Notes under the pieces: model-generated | What the model was told of the DNA's origin: nothing | Database searches by the model: none | Seen by the model: only the letters and a program-made list of their open reading frames with translations | NCBI RefSeq assembly: GCF_001194135.2 | Contig: NC_068984.1 | Location: forward strand, 22,585,849-22,649,663 | Direction: 5' to 3' | DNA length: 63,815 nt | From: Octopus bimaculoides | Taxonomy: Eukaryota | Program-made: the position numbers and the translations under genes | Shown here: positions 22,581 through 36,380 of the stretch, piece by piece | How positions within the stretch are numbered: the stretch's first letter is position 1 | Layout: every line of letters begins with the position of its first letter

Positions 22581-25324
22581 TGAACTAGGTATACCTGAAC
22601 GACCGCAGTTTCAAACGTAAATGCACGCCAAATCGCCCTCTACCATCTGGAAATGGAAAAACATTACAAAATAATGTTTCAGATACACAAAATAAGATAA
22701 TGTTCTTAAGCAGAGTACTTTCGAGCGCAAGTCTACGCAATTTGCTGACATTTGGGTGATATAAAACCAGCAGCGTACTTTCCCATATATCAAGTTTATT
22801 CATTGTGCAATATCATATCTTTGAGACTATATACAATGTTATTCCTATATACTAATCTCTATATTTTGATTTACATATATGTTGGCGTTTTAAAGAAATA
22901 TTATGTAAAGATTTCATCGGAAATTGTGGAAGTAGTACACTAGAGTTTCTATTCATGGAGCGCGTTTGTCTTTTATAAGCCCAACACATCAAAACCAGGG
23001 TGTGAGCAATGGCTGTATTGTGTGTGGAAGTGGAACTCACTCGAAGATGGATGCCAAAAGAAGTAAAAGATTCGTGCTCATTCATAAGGTAAAGAATTGT
23101 GTGTCACGTTTAGGGAATTTCATTTGTTCTATGTTGTATGATCTTAATTTGAGGAGTTTAATTAATTCATCTGCAGTTTTAATTAATTTTCCTGACTAGA
23201 CAAAATGCATGTTTTTGAAATGAATTAAATCTAATCGATTTAATCGATCATGGCAACTTACTGGGGCTTGTTTCATCGATCTTTGAAATTTGAAAAGCAT
23301 AATTCTCCAAGGATGTATTTCAGAGGATAACTGAAAGGCAATAAGCCAGCAACGAATAAAACAATTAATGAGGTACACAAGTAATCCTACCAAACCTTCA
23401 TCTTCCTTACCAATAGAAAGATACACTAGTAGCCACGGAAGCCTACCAGCGGGAAATGGCTGCATGATGTCTGTAAATTCGCACGTCTCTTTTCTAAAAT
23501 ATACACTACATAAGTTTATCCTGTATGCTATTAAAACGATGAGCAAATGATGGCTCTGTTAGAACTGATATGGGGGCCACACAACAAATTTATAGTGCAT
23601 GGTAATACCATTACTTTCGTCAGCGGTGTCGCAACCTCCTTCACCGTCGCTGAAACCAATAAGCTTACCCATTGAACAATTTATATTCATGTCACATTGC
23701 TAGAAATATTTGTTTTACTGGTATAGTCCTTGAAAAATGAAATCAAAAATTTGGCATTAATTGGCCTTAAAAACATTTGCCAATTTGGAATTAATGTGAG
23801 GTCCATTGTACTGAAAATATGATAGGAAATTGTAGAAAATTTAAACGATTTTGAATTCATTTAGCTAATGCCGTATTAACATATTTCTTTACTGATTTTC
23901 GTTATACTGGCACACTGCCTTCAAAATTTTGCTTTGTTTTTTACCTGAAATATCAACTCACTTATTTATATCAATCTGCTCCTTATTTCATCGATTATAT
24001 ACTTATTGAATAGCCAATTTGTATATTTGAGACAAAACAGGTTTAACACTGCGTAAACCTAAGAACAGAAATGGAAACAGACACAAACACTCACACATAT
24101 TGCTAGACTTAAAACTAAACTACTTTGAAATAACTAATCTTAAAAAATCAGTTAATGAAAATTGAGGTTATATGAGGAAAATTAGTTCCAAGCTAAGTAT
24201 TCTATATGCATATACAAAAAAGTAATATTACGTCAAGTCAGTGAGGAAACTTCCACATGCTTGCTAAGCCTGCTAAAATTAGCTGCTAAATATCTTGCCG
24301 ATTATAAAATTAGCTGCTAAATATCTTGCAAGTCTTACATTACCGATTTATAAAAGAAGGGCATATCAGATAATGATGTGAACCTAGTTATACTGATTGG
24401 AAGATTGAAATGATAACAGTAGGAAGAATTTTCACTATACTCCTGTTGGATCAAACCTAACCTAGGGTTAAACAACAGTACTACTTCCAAGTCTATCAAT
24501 ATTGACATTAAACTATGATCTTTTATACCAATAACATATTAATATAATTTTGGCTTGAATAAAGCAAGTAGGTGTTCTCTAACTAGTCTTTATACTTGCT
24601 TATATGATTTGTTCCAGAATATAAACAAGTAACGGACAATGGTGTGAAATTAAGAAATAATATCTCTAAACATTGAAACTTTCGATGTTTGGAGATATAT
24701 TTGCCATCGATTCGAAAACAAATATTGATGGAAATCATAAGTATGATTAAATGAGCTATTTTTCTCCTCAAGCAAGGAAACTATTCCTATAGAGATACTT
24801 CAAAGTGTATTTTTAATTCAGTTACTGTGTGAGTTTATAATTGAATTTATTCAATAGGACGATATAGAATATAGGGATCAGCTGAATCTCACTACAGGAA
24901 ACTAAAGAAGTAAAGTAAATAGTATAGTATGTATCGTTGCACAAACTTACACTCACATATATAAATTACTAAAACGCATACAAACGAAAGATCGAACGCT
25001 TTGTCAAAATAAATAGACACAAATATAGGCACAGGAAAGAGATATGCATCAGTAGTTAGCTAAAAAGCAAAATAATGGCTCTCTTAGACTATACACAATG
25101 AAATAGATGCCAATTTATGATGCATCCACTCATTAGCGGTTGGATCGATTAGTTTGGAATGCCGATCGAAATATAACAATATCTTCGCTCACGAATAGTT
25201 TGTCTCTATTGAAAAAAATTCAGCACTATACACACATACACACACTTATAAAGATACGAGCTACTAATAGTTTCTTGGCTGGAGACGCGGGTCTATGCAG
25301 GAGATACAATGCATGTTATAAAGA

Positions 25325-25750
25325 AAACCTGGGGAAATGCGACAGGAAATTATGTCACAGGAAAAAATGCGACAGTAAAAGTTCAACAGTAAAAATGTCA
25401 TTGGTGAAAAAACCACCAGAAAAATGCTACAGGTTAATATGGGACATAAAAAATTCCACAGGTAAAAATGTTACATGTTAAAAAGTGTGAGATGTGTTGT
25501 CAAACCAAATTAAGTATGGTTGGCGTCTGTGCATTTCAAGTATGGTCGTTTGACATTAGTCGCAGAAAATATCGTTCACACATTTCGGAGCGGTTAACAA
25601 ATTTTCGATCATTTGCCCGACTCCGCACCTTTATGATCGACGTGCAGTGCGACCTGAAAAAAGTTAAACATGGACTCCAGTTTGACCTGCAATATTTTAT
25701 TGTGACGTTTTTATGTGATATTTTTACTGTGGCATTCTTTCTAGTCACCG
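25325..25750. mobile_element. Foldback-like element with ~15-bp subterminal tandem repeats in inverted orientation
   Basis: Left side has ~10 units like atgtcacaggaaaaa. Right side has ~4 inverted units (ttgtgacgttttt, tgtgatattttt, ctgtggcattct) and ends in tcaccgt. Confidence 0.55.
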
Positions 25751-26264
25751 TCATAAAAACCTACACTGTGTATACACGTGTCGGAATGTGTGTGCGTATG
25801 TGTACATATGTATATCTATATACACACACAAACTCACACACAGATATATATATACAAAAATATATATTGTATAAAGGATCGTGGGTAAGGTCAAAACAAT
25901 GCGAAGTAAATGCAAGGTAAATCCCAAGAAAACAAATATGTGGATTAATGTAGACTTACCTTGTATTCATTATTTCGGGGTTATGACCCCATTTTCAAGA
26001 AATTGACGATTGTTGCTGTTGTGTGTGTGTGGGGGGGAGTGCGTGTGTGGGGGGNNNNNNNNNNNNNNNNNNNNNNNNNNNNNNNNNNNNNNNNNNNNNN
26101 NNNNNNNNNNNNNNNNNNNNNNNNNNNNNNNNNNNNNNNNNNNNNNNNNNNNNNNNNNNNNNNNNNNNNNNNNNNNNNNNNNNNNNNNNNNNNNNNNNNN
26201 NNNNNNNNNNNNNNNNNNNNNNNNNNNNNNNNNNNNNNNNNNNNNNNNNNNNNNNNNNNNNNNN

Positions 26265-26301
<37 letters not shown>

Positions 26302-26584
26302 TTATTTATTTAAAGATATGTATATGTATATATGTACATCAAAAGCAGAAGAGAAACAACACAACAAAGGGAAACCAATACAACACAACATGCGGAAAAA
26401 TTGACGATAGTACGACAAATTGCAAACAGGACAAAAACAAGATACACGGATCACTCGTAACTGACTCCTCATCAGTTTCGCCCCCTTATCTCCGATACTA
26501 CTCAAATCCGGGGGGTGCCAGAGACTTAAGCCAAAAGCGTTAAGCCTCTGCGAAAGGCAGCATATATCTACATACATATTGGTC

Positions 26585-26870
26585 TTCAAATTTTGACACA
26601 AGACCAGCAATATGGGGGGAGGTGGAGTAAGTCGATTATATCGACCCCAGAGCTCAGTTGGTGTTTATTTCATTCTGTTCTACTCTAGGCACAAGACCCG
26701 ATATTTTGGGGAAGGGGGCCAGTCGTTTAGATCGACCTCAGTACGCAACTGGTACTTCATTTATCGACCCCGAAAGGATGAAAGGCATAGTCGACGTAGG
26801 TGATACTTGAGCTCAGAGCACAAAGACAGACGAAATACCGTTGAGCATGTTGCTCGGGCTGCTGATGATC
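26585..26870 (-). mobile_element. Two tandem SINE copies (one partial, one near full), family of 4609
   Basis: Reverse complement of the core: tttatcgaccccgaaaggatgaaaggcatagtcgac. The gtcgatta..atcgacc segment occurs twice. Confidence 0.75.
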
Positions 26871-26873
26871 CTA

Positions 26874-26927
<54 letters not shown>

Positions 26928-27845
26928 GTGTGTGTGTGCGTGTGTGTGTGTGTGTGTGTGCGTGCGTGTGTGTTATATCTCAAGCTACTGCTATCTAGCA
27001 CCTTCGGAGGATCTCTATTCAACCGCTACACAACTGCTGCTCGACTGCTACTCAACTGCTACTCAACAGCTACTACCACGGCCAGACTACCTCTATTTAT
27101 ATGTCTTGAGAGATCCTACTTCTTCGCCTGGGAGCGTCGACACAACAGTGTGTGTGTGCGTAAATACACACATATGTATGTATGTATGTATATATATATA
27201 CGTATAGAGAGAGATAGAGCGAGCGAGAGACAGATGCAAATAACGAGTATAAGTTTTATGCATTTGTACATGCGTGTGCTTTCTTCCATAATATCGCGAT
27301 TTCATATTTCTAAGTGCATTAATGATATAATTTAACTTAGATAGTAACAACATAGATTCTATATGGAGTTTTTTGGGGTTTTTTCAGCAAATTCAGCGTG
27401 CCGAGATAGTTATATACTGTGAGAAAAACAAAATCATTATCCAAACGGATTAGATATTAATAACATATGTTAAAAAATATAGTGAAATTGATAGACTTAA
27501 TCATGATTAGTTACAAATATTTATATAAATTAGAAATTCGATAAACAGCAAATATTTGTCCCTTTTATTTATATATTTATTTTGTCTGTGTGTGTAGTTT
27601 CATGCATAGAAATAGTTACGTACATACAATTACTGATGCATATAAATGTTTTGACGAGAATGCAATGTGTGTGTTTAGGTGTGTGTTCATCTGGTATCAT
27701 TCACAGTTCTGTATATGAATAACTGCATAAACACGCGCGCACGCTCACAAACACGTCCACACACAGAGGCGAACATATATATATTTAATATGATCTAATA
27801 TGATAGATATATAGACAAGCACACAAGGAGAGACAAAGAAAAAGC

Positions 27846-27914
<69 letters not shown>

Positions 27915-28095
27915 TGTATATACATGTATAGATACACGCAAACGTCTTTATACATTCACATATATATATATATATGCACATATATATATATGTACATATA
28001 TATAAATATATATATATATGTGTATATATATATATACACACACACACACATATGTGTAAATACATATACGTAGATATATTTGTAAACATATATAC

Positions 28096-28132
<37 letters not shown>

Positions 28133-28142
28133 NNNNNNNNNN

Positions 28143-28179
<37 letters not shown>

Positions 28180-28915
28180 GGGAGGGGGAGAGATGGGAAG
28201 AGGAGAATAGGGAAGGAGGAGAGAGAGAGAGAGGCGGACAGACAGACAAAAAGATTCATACGTAACCACTTTACTTTCTCAAAACCCGTATATCCATGCA
28301 AGAAAAGACACACGCACGCATAACACCAAGCACTCCTAGGAGCGAATACAACCTACTACATACACCTACCTTTAGGAACATTTAAAAGCACGCGCCCGCC
28401 CGCGCACGCGCACGCCCGCGCACGCGCACACACATTCGCACATACATACATTTAACTATGGAATACAAACAATGCCGACACCGGAATATTGCAAATAAAT
28501 AAATAAATAAATAAACACCAGCTACTCAATTTAAAATTTGACATTAAGTACGTGGAATTTAAGTTAATATTTGAATTCAGGAGGTAAAAAAAAAAACAAG
28601 TAAATTAGTAAAATACCGATAGCTTTGTCAATAAATACATGGAGACAGAAATCTTCGGCGCAATTTCTTTCCAAATGTTCAGGATCCCACAATTTTTAAG
28701 CTGCCAGTATTTTGCAAAGGTCTGTGAGACGCACAAGCAGGTATTATATATAGATATCCGCACACAGACATACATACGCAAACACACCCATATTTACATA
28801 TATGTATGCATGTATATATAGGTATGTTTTTGTGTATATGTTTGAATGAATAAAAATATATATATATACACACACACACACATATATATACACATTCATA
28901 CATATATGCATACAC

Positions 28916-28962
<47 letters not shown>

Positions 28963-29525
28963 ACTAAGTAAGTATGAGCATATCTGTATGTTTATGTCTG
29001 TTGGCCAATACATTTACACACAGGCAGTCATACATATATATAAATATATATATTCACAAACATATATACATTTATATAAGTTTACACACACATGTATAAA
29101 TAAATATATATATATATATATATATNNNNNNNNNNNNNNNNNNNNNNNNNNNNNNNNNNNNNNNNNNNNNNNNNNNNNNNNNNNNNNNNNNNNNNNNNNN
29201 NNNNNNNNNNNNNNNNNNNNNNNNNNNNNNNNNNNNNNNNNNNNNNNNNNNNNNNNNNNNNNNNNNNNNNNNNNNNNNNNNNNNNNNNNNNNNNNNNNNN
29301 NNNNNNNNNNNNNNNNNNNNNNNNNNNNNNNNNNNNNNNNNNNNNNNNNNNNNNNNNNNNNNNNNNNNNNNNNNNNNNNNNNNNNNNNNNNNNNNNNNNN
29401 NNNNNNNNNNNNNNNNNNNNNNNNNNNNNNNNNNNNNNNNNNNNNNNNNNNNNNNNNNNNNNNNNNNNNNNNNNNNNNNNNNNNNNNNNNNNNNNNNNNN
29501 NNNNNNNNNNNNNNNNNNNNNNNNN

Positions 29526-29570
<45 letters not shown>

Positions 29571-32204
29571 TATACATATGAACCCACACAAACCTTATGC
29601 TGTATAAACTATCACACATATAATATTATGTATGTGTATTCTTATATCTGCATGAATTTGCGTTTGCATGGATTGTGCGAATATTTGAACTAGCTGTGTG
29701 CACAAATTTAGGAAAGCGATGACTGTTATTGTATTTTCTTTATGTTATATATTGCCTGTTTTCCAACCAGACTCGACAACGCAAGTATCTAGAACCATCA
29801 GCTGTCAGATTGTAAGTTAATATTTGTATTTTAAGTTTATAGCAATAACAGCAAATAGAAATATCGATCCCAATGAAATATAATGTCTTTTGACGAGACT
29901 CAAGGCCAGTGGTGCCAGTATAGTCGAATAAATAGACCCTAACATATTTAATCTGTTTGAGTTGTCACAAGGCTAATTGTATAAGGATAACGTGCAGGAG
30001 ATTTATCAAGCCTATTGTATTACTAGCACTTATGTTATCGATTCCGAACGGATAGCTGACAAAAATGGCGCCGTCGGTTTTTGAAACCTCGGAAAGAAAG
30101 GAGGAGACACTTAATACCGTAAAGCATTTCCTCAACATCTCTAACTTCGTCGACTAGTCCCTCTTCATAACCTGGTACTTTATTTTATTAAAGGCATGTG
30201 AATCGGAATTTATGGGTGTTGTGTTCTCAATCCTGAAATCATGGGTTCGCTTCTCGGACCGTGTGGCGCGTTATATTCTTGAGTAAGATATATTTCAAGT
30301 TGACCTAGTTCCATCAGTTGATAAATTAGTGTAACTTTTTTGCTTGGTACTCTTAGGTTTTCCATCTCTGTTTCTCTCTATCTCTGTCTCTCTGTCTATC
30401 TCTGTCTCTCTGTCTATCTCTGTCTCTCTGTCTATCTCTTTCTCTCTCTCTCTCTCACTCTATCTATCTATCCATTTATCTATCTATCTATCCCCCTCTT
30501 GATTTATGCTTGATGATCCGCTGGATCAATAGTGGGAGTGCCGAGCGATTGCCAATTTCTGCTCACGATTACTTGGGCACTTTAAGAAATTTGCCAGTGG
30601 TGGTCGTTGTTTACAATAAGAGAACAAAAAAAAAAGAGAGAATAAGAACAGTACAGCCGAATAATATTTGTATATACAGTCATGGATTTATGTGAATAGA
30701 TCCATAGCTCTAACCACATATTTATACAATAAGATCTATGACTATACGCAAACAATTTTGCAAATGTATAGGCAATACTCTATTTTATGTCATACTTTAG
30801 TTTTATGAAACAACAAATATCTCGTTACCAGTGTATGCTCGTAAGCCACGCTAAAGAAAAACATTTGCATTAAGGATGCAGTTTTTGCAATGCGAAATAT
30901 TTTCCGACGCTGAAGAGATCATTACTTATCGAATGCCATAGCATTTGTGAAGCATTTGATTATTTTAGTGTCGTAGTGCTTATAGTTAAATATGGAAAAG
31001 AACAACCAGTTTCTTTGGAAGTCTGTACTGATTGTGTGTTCGTGATGTTTTGTGGAATAAACTAAGATATCTTTTCTCATCAACAAAGTATTCCCATAGT
31101 TTTACTTCATGAAATCAGTCTGTGTTTGATGTGAATTGTTTAGATCGCGTGTGGATGACTGCTGTGTGCGGTAGGTTAAGGAAGAGCAAATGGCATCATC
31201 ATGTACGTATGAATATATCTGGTTAGAGATTATTATACGTAAATTAATTAATATCCGAAGAGTGGTAGAGACATAACCGTACACTAGGCTACCAGAGTTA
31301 AAGGTGTAAATGTCTGGTACTCTACGATGAAACAATATGACAAGAGATCAGAAATTGATATAGAGTACAGATAACTTATGAGATATTCATGCCATAAGTA
31401 GTCATAGGTTTTTCCATTGTCAAATGAAATTACAATTTTCATTGAATTTCTCATAGAAAAACAACCATTGGTATGTGACGCACGAGGACAAGCCTAAAGT
31501 AGAGATAGCATTACAGTAAGCATAACGATGTTCAGATACATCAAAGGAAGAAGAATTGTGCATCTCAGTTCCTATTTCTTTCCAAACAGTAGAAGTAAAA
31601 GAAAGGAGAGAATAGTTGAAAAATATTGAGAAATAGTATTTCTTTGGCGCACGTCTGGTTAATGGAATTGTTTCTCAATTTTATCCCGTTGTGGAGTAAA
31701 ATAGACCCCGGTGATATGCGAACGTAGAATATAAAGATATTCAAATATATACCTAATAATGTTTTCAACCATTTCGCTGTTTCTGCTAATCTATTCACTT
31801 TCACTTCATAACCCAACAGCTAACAAGGTACTGTAAAAAGTCAGGAAGAAAATTAAGTGTCTTCTGGAATTTTAATCATTGAAAGTTCCATTTATTAAAA
31901 GTATTAAAGATTTAAATCTAAACTGAAAAAGTATCTAGCTGATTAATCTAAATTTAAAATATTCAAGAAATACTAAAATTTTCGTAACACGAAGAAAATA
32001 AATGAAAACTTGAGAAATATGAAATATTTTGATGCAGCACATTTGACGAATATTCTTTCTGGAATATGAATTGCATATTATATTAATCTAAACTAACTTC
32101 TAAGATTAATTTTATCAAAACCTTGCTTTAGTTAGGGAAAGAGAAGAATCAACCAGTCTGAAAGTTAAGGCTATGCAGAAAATATATAACAAAAGTTACA
32201 ATAT

Positions 32205-32635
32205 CAATATTATGGGTGATTTTTATGTTCCGAGATCAAATTCCGATTTTGTTATTCATTCTTTTAGGGTCAATAAAATAAGTACCAGTTGAGCACTGGG
32301 GTCGATGTAGGTAACTTACTCCCGTTTGAGGCGCGTGGCTTAGTGGTTAGGGAATTGGATTCATGATCGTAAGATTGTAGTTTCGATTCCTGGACCGGTG
32401 GATGTGTTGTGTTCTTGAGCAAAACAGTTCATTTCACGTTGCTCCAGTCCATTCAGCAGAGAAAAATGACTAATCCTGCAACGGACCGGTATCCCGTCCA
32501 GATGCGGAGTATATAAGCCATGAAACCGGGAAATCGATCTTTGTGTGTCGGTATGATTCGAGAAGATGAATTTTCACTTTATTTACCCGCTCCCATCGAA
32601 ATTGCTGTCCTTGTGCCAAAATTTGAAACCAATAT
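32205..32635 (+). mobile_element. SINE containing a nested tRNA-headed SINE (inner ~32327-32581)
   Basis: The outer copy gtaccagttgagcactggggtcgatgt is interrupted by gaggcgcgtggcttagtggttaggg..gtttcgattcctggaccgg and resumes with cccatcgaaattgctgtccttgtgccaaaatttgaaacc. Confidence 0.7.
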
Positions 32636-32942
32636 TATGCTGTGTATTGTTGGACTTTGTAATAAGAATAGTTATTCTAATACTTAGCAAAGAAAAAAAA
32701 GAACGATTAGTTTCATTCGTTTTATTAGATTTCTGAGAACTCACACTTTGAAACTTTATTGGTATTGATATTATTGTTATTTTCGTCGTCGTTATTGTTA
32801 CTGTTTCTGTTTGTTGTTGTTGCTGTTACTTTTGCTTAGGTCTACGTCAGCACTGGTAACATCATTTCACCAGTGACTATTCCATAATTTTCAACACTTA
32901 GGATTACGTTGTCCTGTGTGTGTTTCCAATTTTTTTAAGATA

Positions 32943-33120
32943 GTAACAAAACACGTGTCACTAAAGAATATTACAGCTGAATAAAGAAAATTTAGACCTC
33001 AGATCTCTCTGCATTCAATAAAAGGTTACATTTAATAAAGCAGTGGCCCACAATGTGTTTTGCAGTGCCAATATTCATATCAACATGTGGGCTGCTCCAT
33101 CGGACGCTTGATGAAATTTA
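32943..33120 (+). mobile_element. Short R4/Dong RT-thumb fragment, paralogous to 33675-33800
   Basis: gtaacaaaacacgtgtcactaaagaatattac and aaagcagtggcccacaatgtgttttgcagtgccaat are both repeated ~730 bp downstream. Confidence 0.7.
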
Positions 33121-33541
33121 AAGGGAATTCGGCTGCTATATATAGTAGTTTGAGCATTAATTCGTTATTTCAACATTGACAGAATTAGTATCTTAGACGT
33201 ATATAATTATTGCCTAGTTTATATTTGTGAGACAGTATAATGTAATAGAGAAATTTTAATCTGTATTGGAAACCTATACTTTTAGATAGAGGGCTTACAT
33301 ATGTCATTATAACTATTGGAATAGATCAGGTATTAACTGAAAAACAAATCAACAAAACATTATTAAGGAAATATAAGAAAGATAAAGCAAAGACATCTAT
33401 CATTAAAGCATAGACTGATCAATATATTACATACGCAATAGCACACAGGAAACACACACAGACACACACATGCATACAGCTACATACCAACACTCATACA
33501 TACATACATACATACATACATACATACATACATACATACAT

Positions 33542-34400
33542 GGTCGTGAAAAGGGGAAAATTGTAACCCAGACTAGTAACATCTACATCAATGACTTGAC
33601 TGTTTACCCTGTATCTGATGAGGAATGTTACTGGTATCTTGGGGTGGATGGAAACATATCTTACAATGGCACCTGTAACAAAACACGTGACACTAAAGAA
33701 TATTACTGCACTCAGTAAAACAGTACATTCAGTAAAGCAGTAGCCCACAATGTGTTTGCAGTGCCAATGCTCATACCAACATTTGGCCTGCTTGATGAAA
33801 TCCGAGTCATTGATGTGAAAATCCGAAAAACACTAACAAGCACACATAATTTCCACATAAACAGTGACGTAGACCGCCTCTACCTAAAACGTAAACAATG
33901 CGGCAGAGGCTTAACATCGGTCCAAAATGCTTTTGAATGTTGTATAATATCCCTTCGGCAACATCTTTTAACCACCAAGTGTCAAAGTGCATCCCTTGAC
34001 TAAATTTGCATACATGAGACTGAGAACATCATAAGAATTGGAAGGCAGCTCCTTGGGCAACATTCCTTGTCTGGTAACCCTAAATACATGCCCAAAGAAG
34101 CTACACGACTCTACCATAACATTTCATCAGATGAAAGGATGAGCAGAAGACTATGCAAGGACATGTTAGTAGAAAGCTCCGAGATGATAGTAACATTGAT
34201 CATCAAAGCAGTCTATCATGGACCAACCAATAGCCGGATTACTACTTTCCACTTTGAAGGGTATGCGTTTGCAATCCAGGAACAGGAAATATCAACCAAA
34301 TACCTAATGCACAAAGAGGATAGATATGCAGGAAAAGCAATAAAATGTGACAATCGATGCATATTTGTGGAGTTAACACCGAAGATATCATCTACATCAT
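33542..34400 (+). mobile_element. R4/Dong-clade retrotransposon fragment (RT C-terminus, thumb, start of Cys domain)
   Basis: KRGKIV..EECYWYLGVDGN..KEYY..AVAHNVFAVPMLIPTFG..DEIRVIDVKIRKTL..HNFHINSDVDRLYLKRKQCGRGL..FEGYAFAIQEQEISTKYL..CDNRC. Starts directly after (CATA)n. Confidence 0.85.
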
Positions 34401-35838
34401 AAGCAGTTGTCTGAAAATGTCATCACGGTAATTACATGTAGTGGTCACTCTCTCTGTCCTTTGAATCTGTATTCTTTGAATCGGTACGACTTTATAACAT
34501 GTTGCTTTTTCTTGGTCAATTCTTCCAACTACTTCTGCGAAAAGAGAATATATTCTACTCCTTCCAAATGGTTCGACTACGGTGTCTGGATATACTCAAT
34601 GTATGATTGACAAATTATTTTAAAACTAATGCTTTTGGTTCGTTTTTGATAATGTTATCACACTAAGAAAATAACAAAAACATGTCTTTATACTGAAAAG
34701 GTAATTTTATCAGGAAAACATTACAATCGATTCGAACGATTCCAGTATTTTATATTGGTGCGTATGTTATCGATTTTGAAGTGATCGTAATCATGCCATC
34801 GATTCTAGTGTGCATTTGAAATTCACTTTCGTCTGGATTTGTGACGCTTCTGCAACAATATATGCCACTCAAGTGAAAATATATAATAATATACCGAGAG
34901 ATATTGCAGAGGTGTGGAAAAGGGAAATCATGTAGTATTAACAGGCAGATATTTCAATAAAATTGTTATGACATTAATGCTATAAAAATGAATACTCTCA
35001 GAACGATGGTTTTTCCTGCGACAATCTAGCGATGATGTTTTCTATATTTAGCCATGAATCATTATTAAAGCTTGAGTTTCGTCAGAGATTTGTTCAAGAT
35101 TGGAAACTAACCGAAATTATATCACTTTCAAGTGCGTGAAGCATGTAAATACGTTTGTCAGGAAATGTAAAGGAAATGACATAGAGAAATAAACGAAATC
35201 TATAAAGACTGTAAGTATGGAAGAAGGAGAAAAGAGCGATATCATGTAGTGATGCAATATATAGTGAGACTAGGTATATTAAGTTGAACAATGAAGATAT
35301 GACGCTCCGGGGGCTCTCCTTGAGAGACATTACTGCAGGGGAAAATGTGAAGAAAGGAACTGAGTGGAAACTAAGAGAACAATCAACCTAGAGCTAAGAC
35401 TAGCTGAGGTATAATGAGAAGAAACGTAAATGCGATGAACATAGTTAAAAAGCAGTTCACAAAGGTGAGTGGTTGACTGGCTACAGTTAAAACGGAGTGA
35501 GTGAAACGTTACTTCATACATAGAAATATTCTCTTATGTCCTGACGCAACAGAATTTGTGCGGAATTCATTTGCGATACAATTGTATTGAAATTTTCAAA
35601 TATTGCGAAACAATCCCGTACATTTATCATGATTTCGAGTTACCAGAGGCAGTCGCTAAACATACTCTCCTCAAGTACAAAATGTCGTTTATGTCACGGA
35701 TTATAAAGTGAAAAGGCGTAATGGACGGCCGAGATTAACGCATTTAATAAATTAAATAAATTCTCGATGCGAGTGAAAATGACTTGTAAATGTGACCGAT
35801 AAAATTTACTTGAGATGGAAATCGCAACAAAATCTGAG

Positions 35839-36380
35839 CTATATATGATTGAGTGTGTGTGTATACGTGTATGTGTGTCTATATGCATATGCGTACGTGC
35901 ACATATACGCACATATATACATAAATGCATAGACATACATATACACGTGAACGTACATAAATGTGTACGTGTGTATAAGTGTATGTATATATGTGAATAT
36001 CATTATACATACACACGCATATGTGCATCGACATGCTAACATACATACGTTCGTACACACACAAGAATACACACATATACACATATATACATACATACAC
36101 GCATATGTGTGTGGATATGCTAACATACATACATACATACACACACAAGAACACAGACATATACACATACATACATTCATACAAGCATGCATACATACAT
36201 ACATACATACATATGCGCATATATGCGTGGACATGCTAACATACATACGTACATACACACACAAGAACACACACACACACACACACACAAACATACACAC
36301 ACACACACATACATACATACATACATACATACATACATACATACATACATACATACATGCATACATACATACATACATGT
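35839..36380. repeat. Compound CA/TACA microsatellite containing three copies of an ~85-115 bp higher-order unit
   Basis: atgctaacatacatac...acacacacaagaa at 36033, 36117 and 36233. Confidence 0.8.

Noticed and set aside
26440-26560. Hammerhead-like words (GAAA, CTGATGA) on the minus strand; also CTGACGA at 35078 and 46438
   Set aside because: Core motifs are in the wrong order or lack stem II and GAAA, so no ribozyme fold can be drawn.
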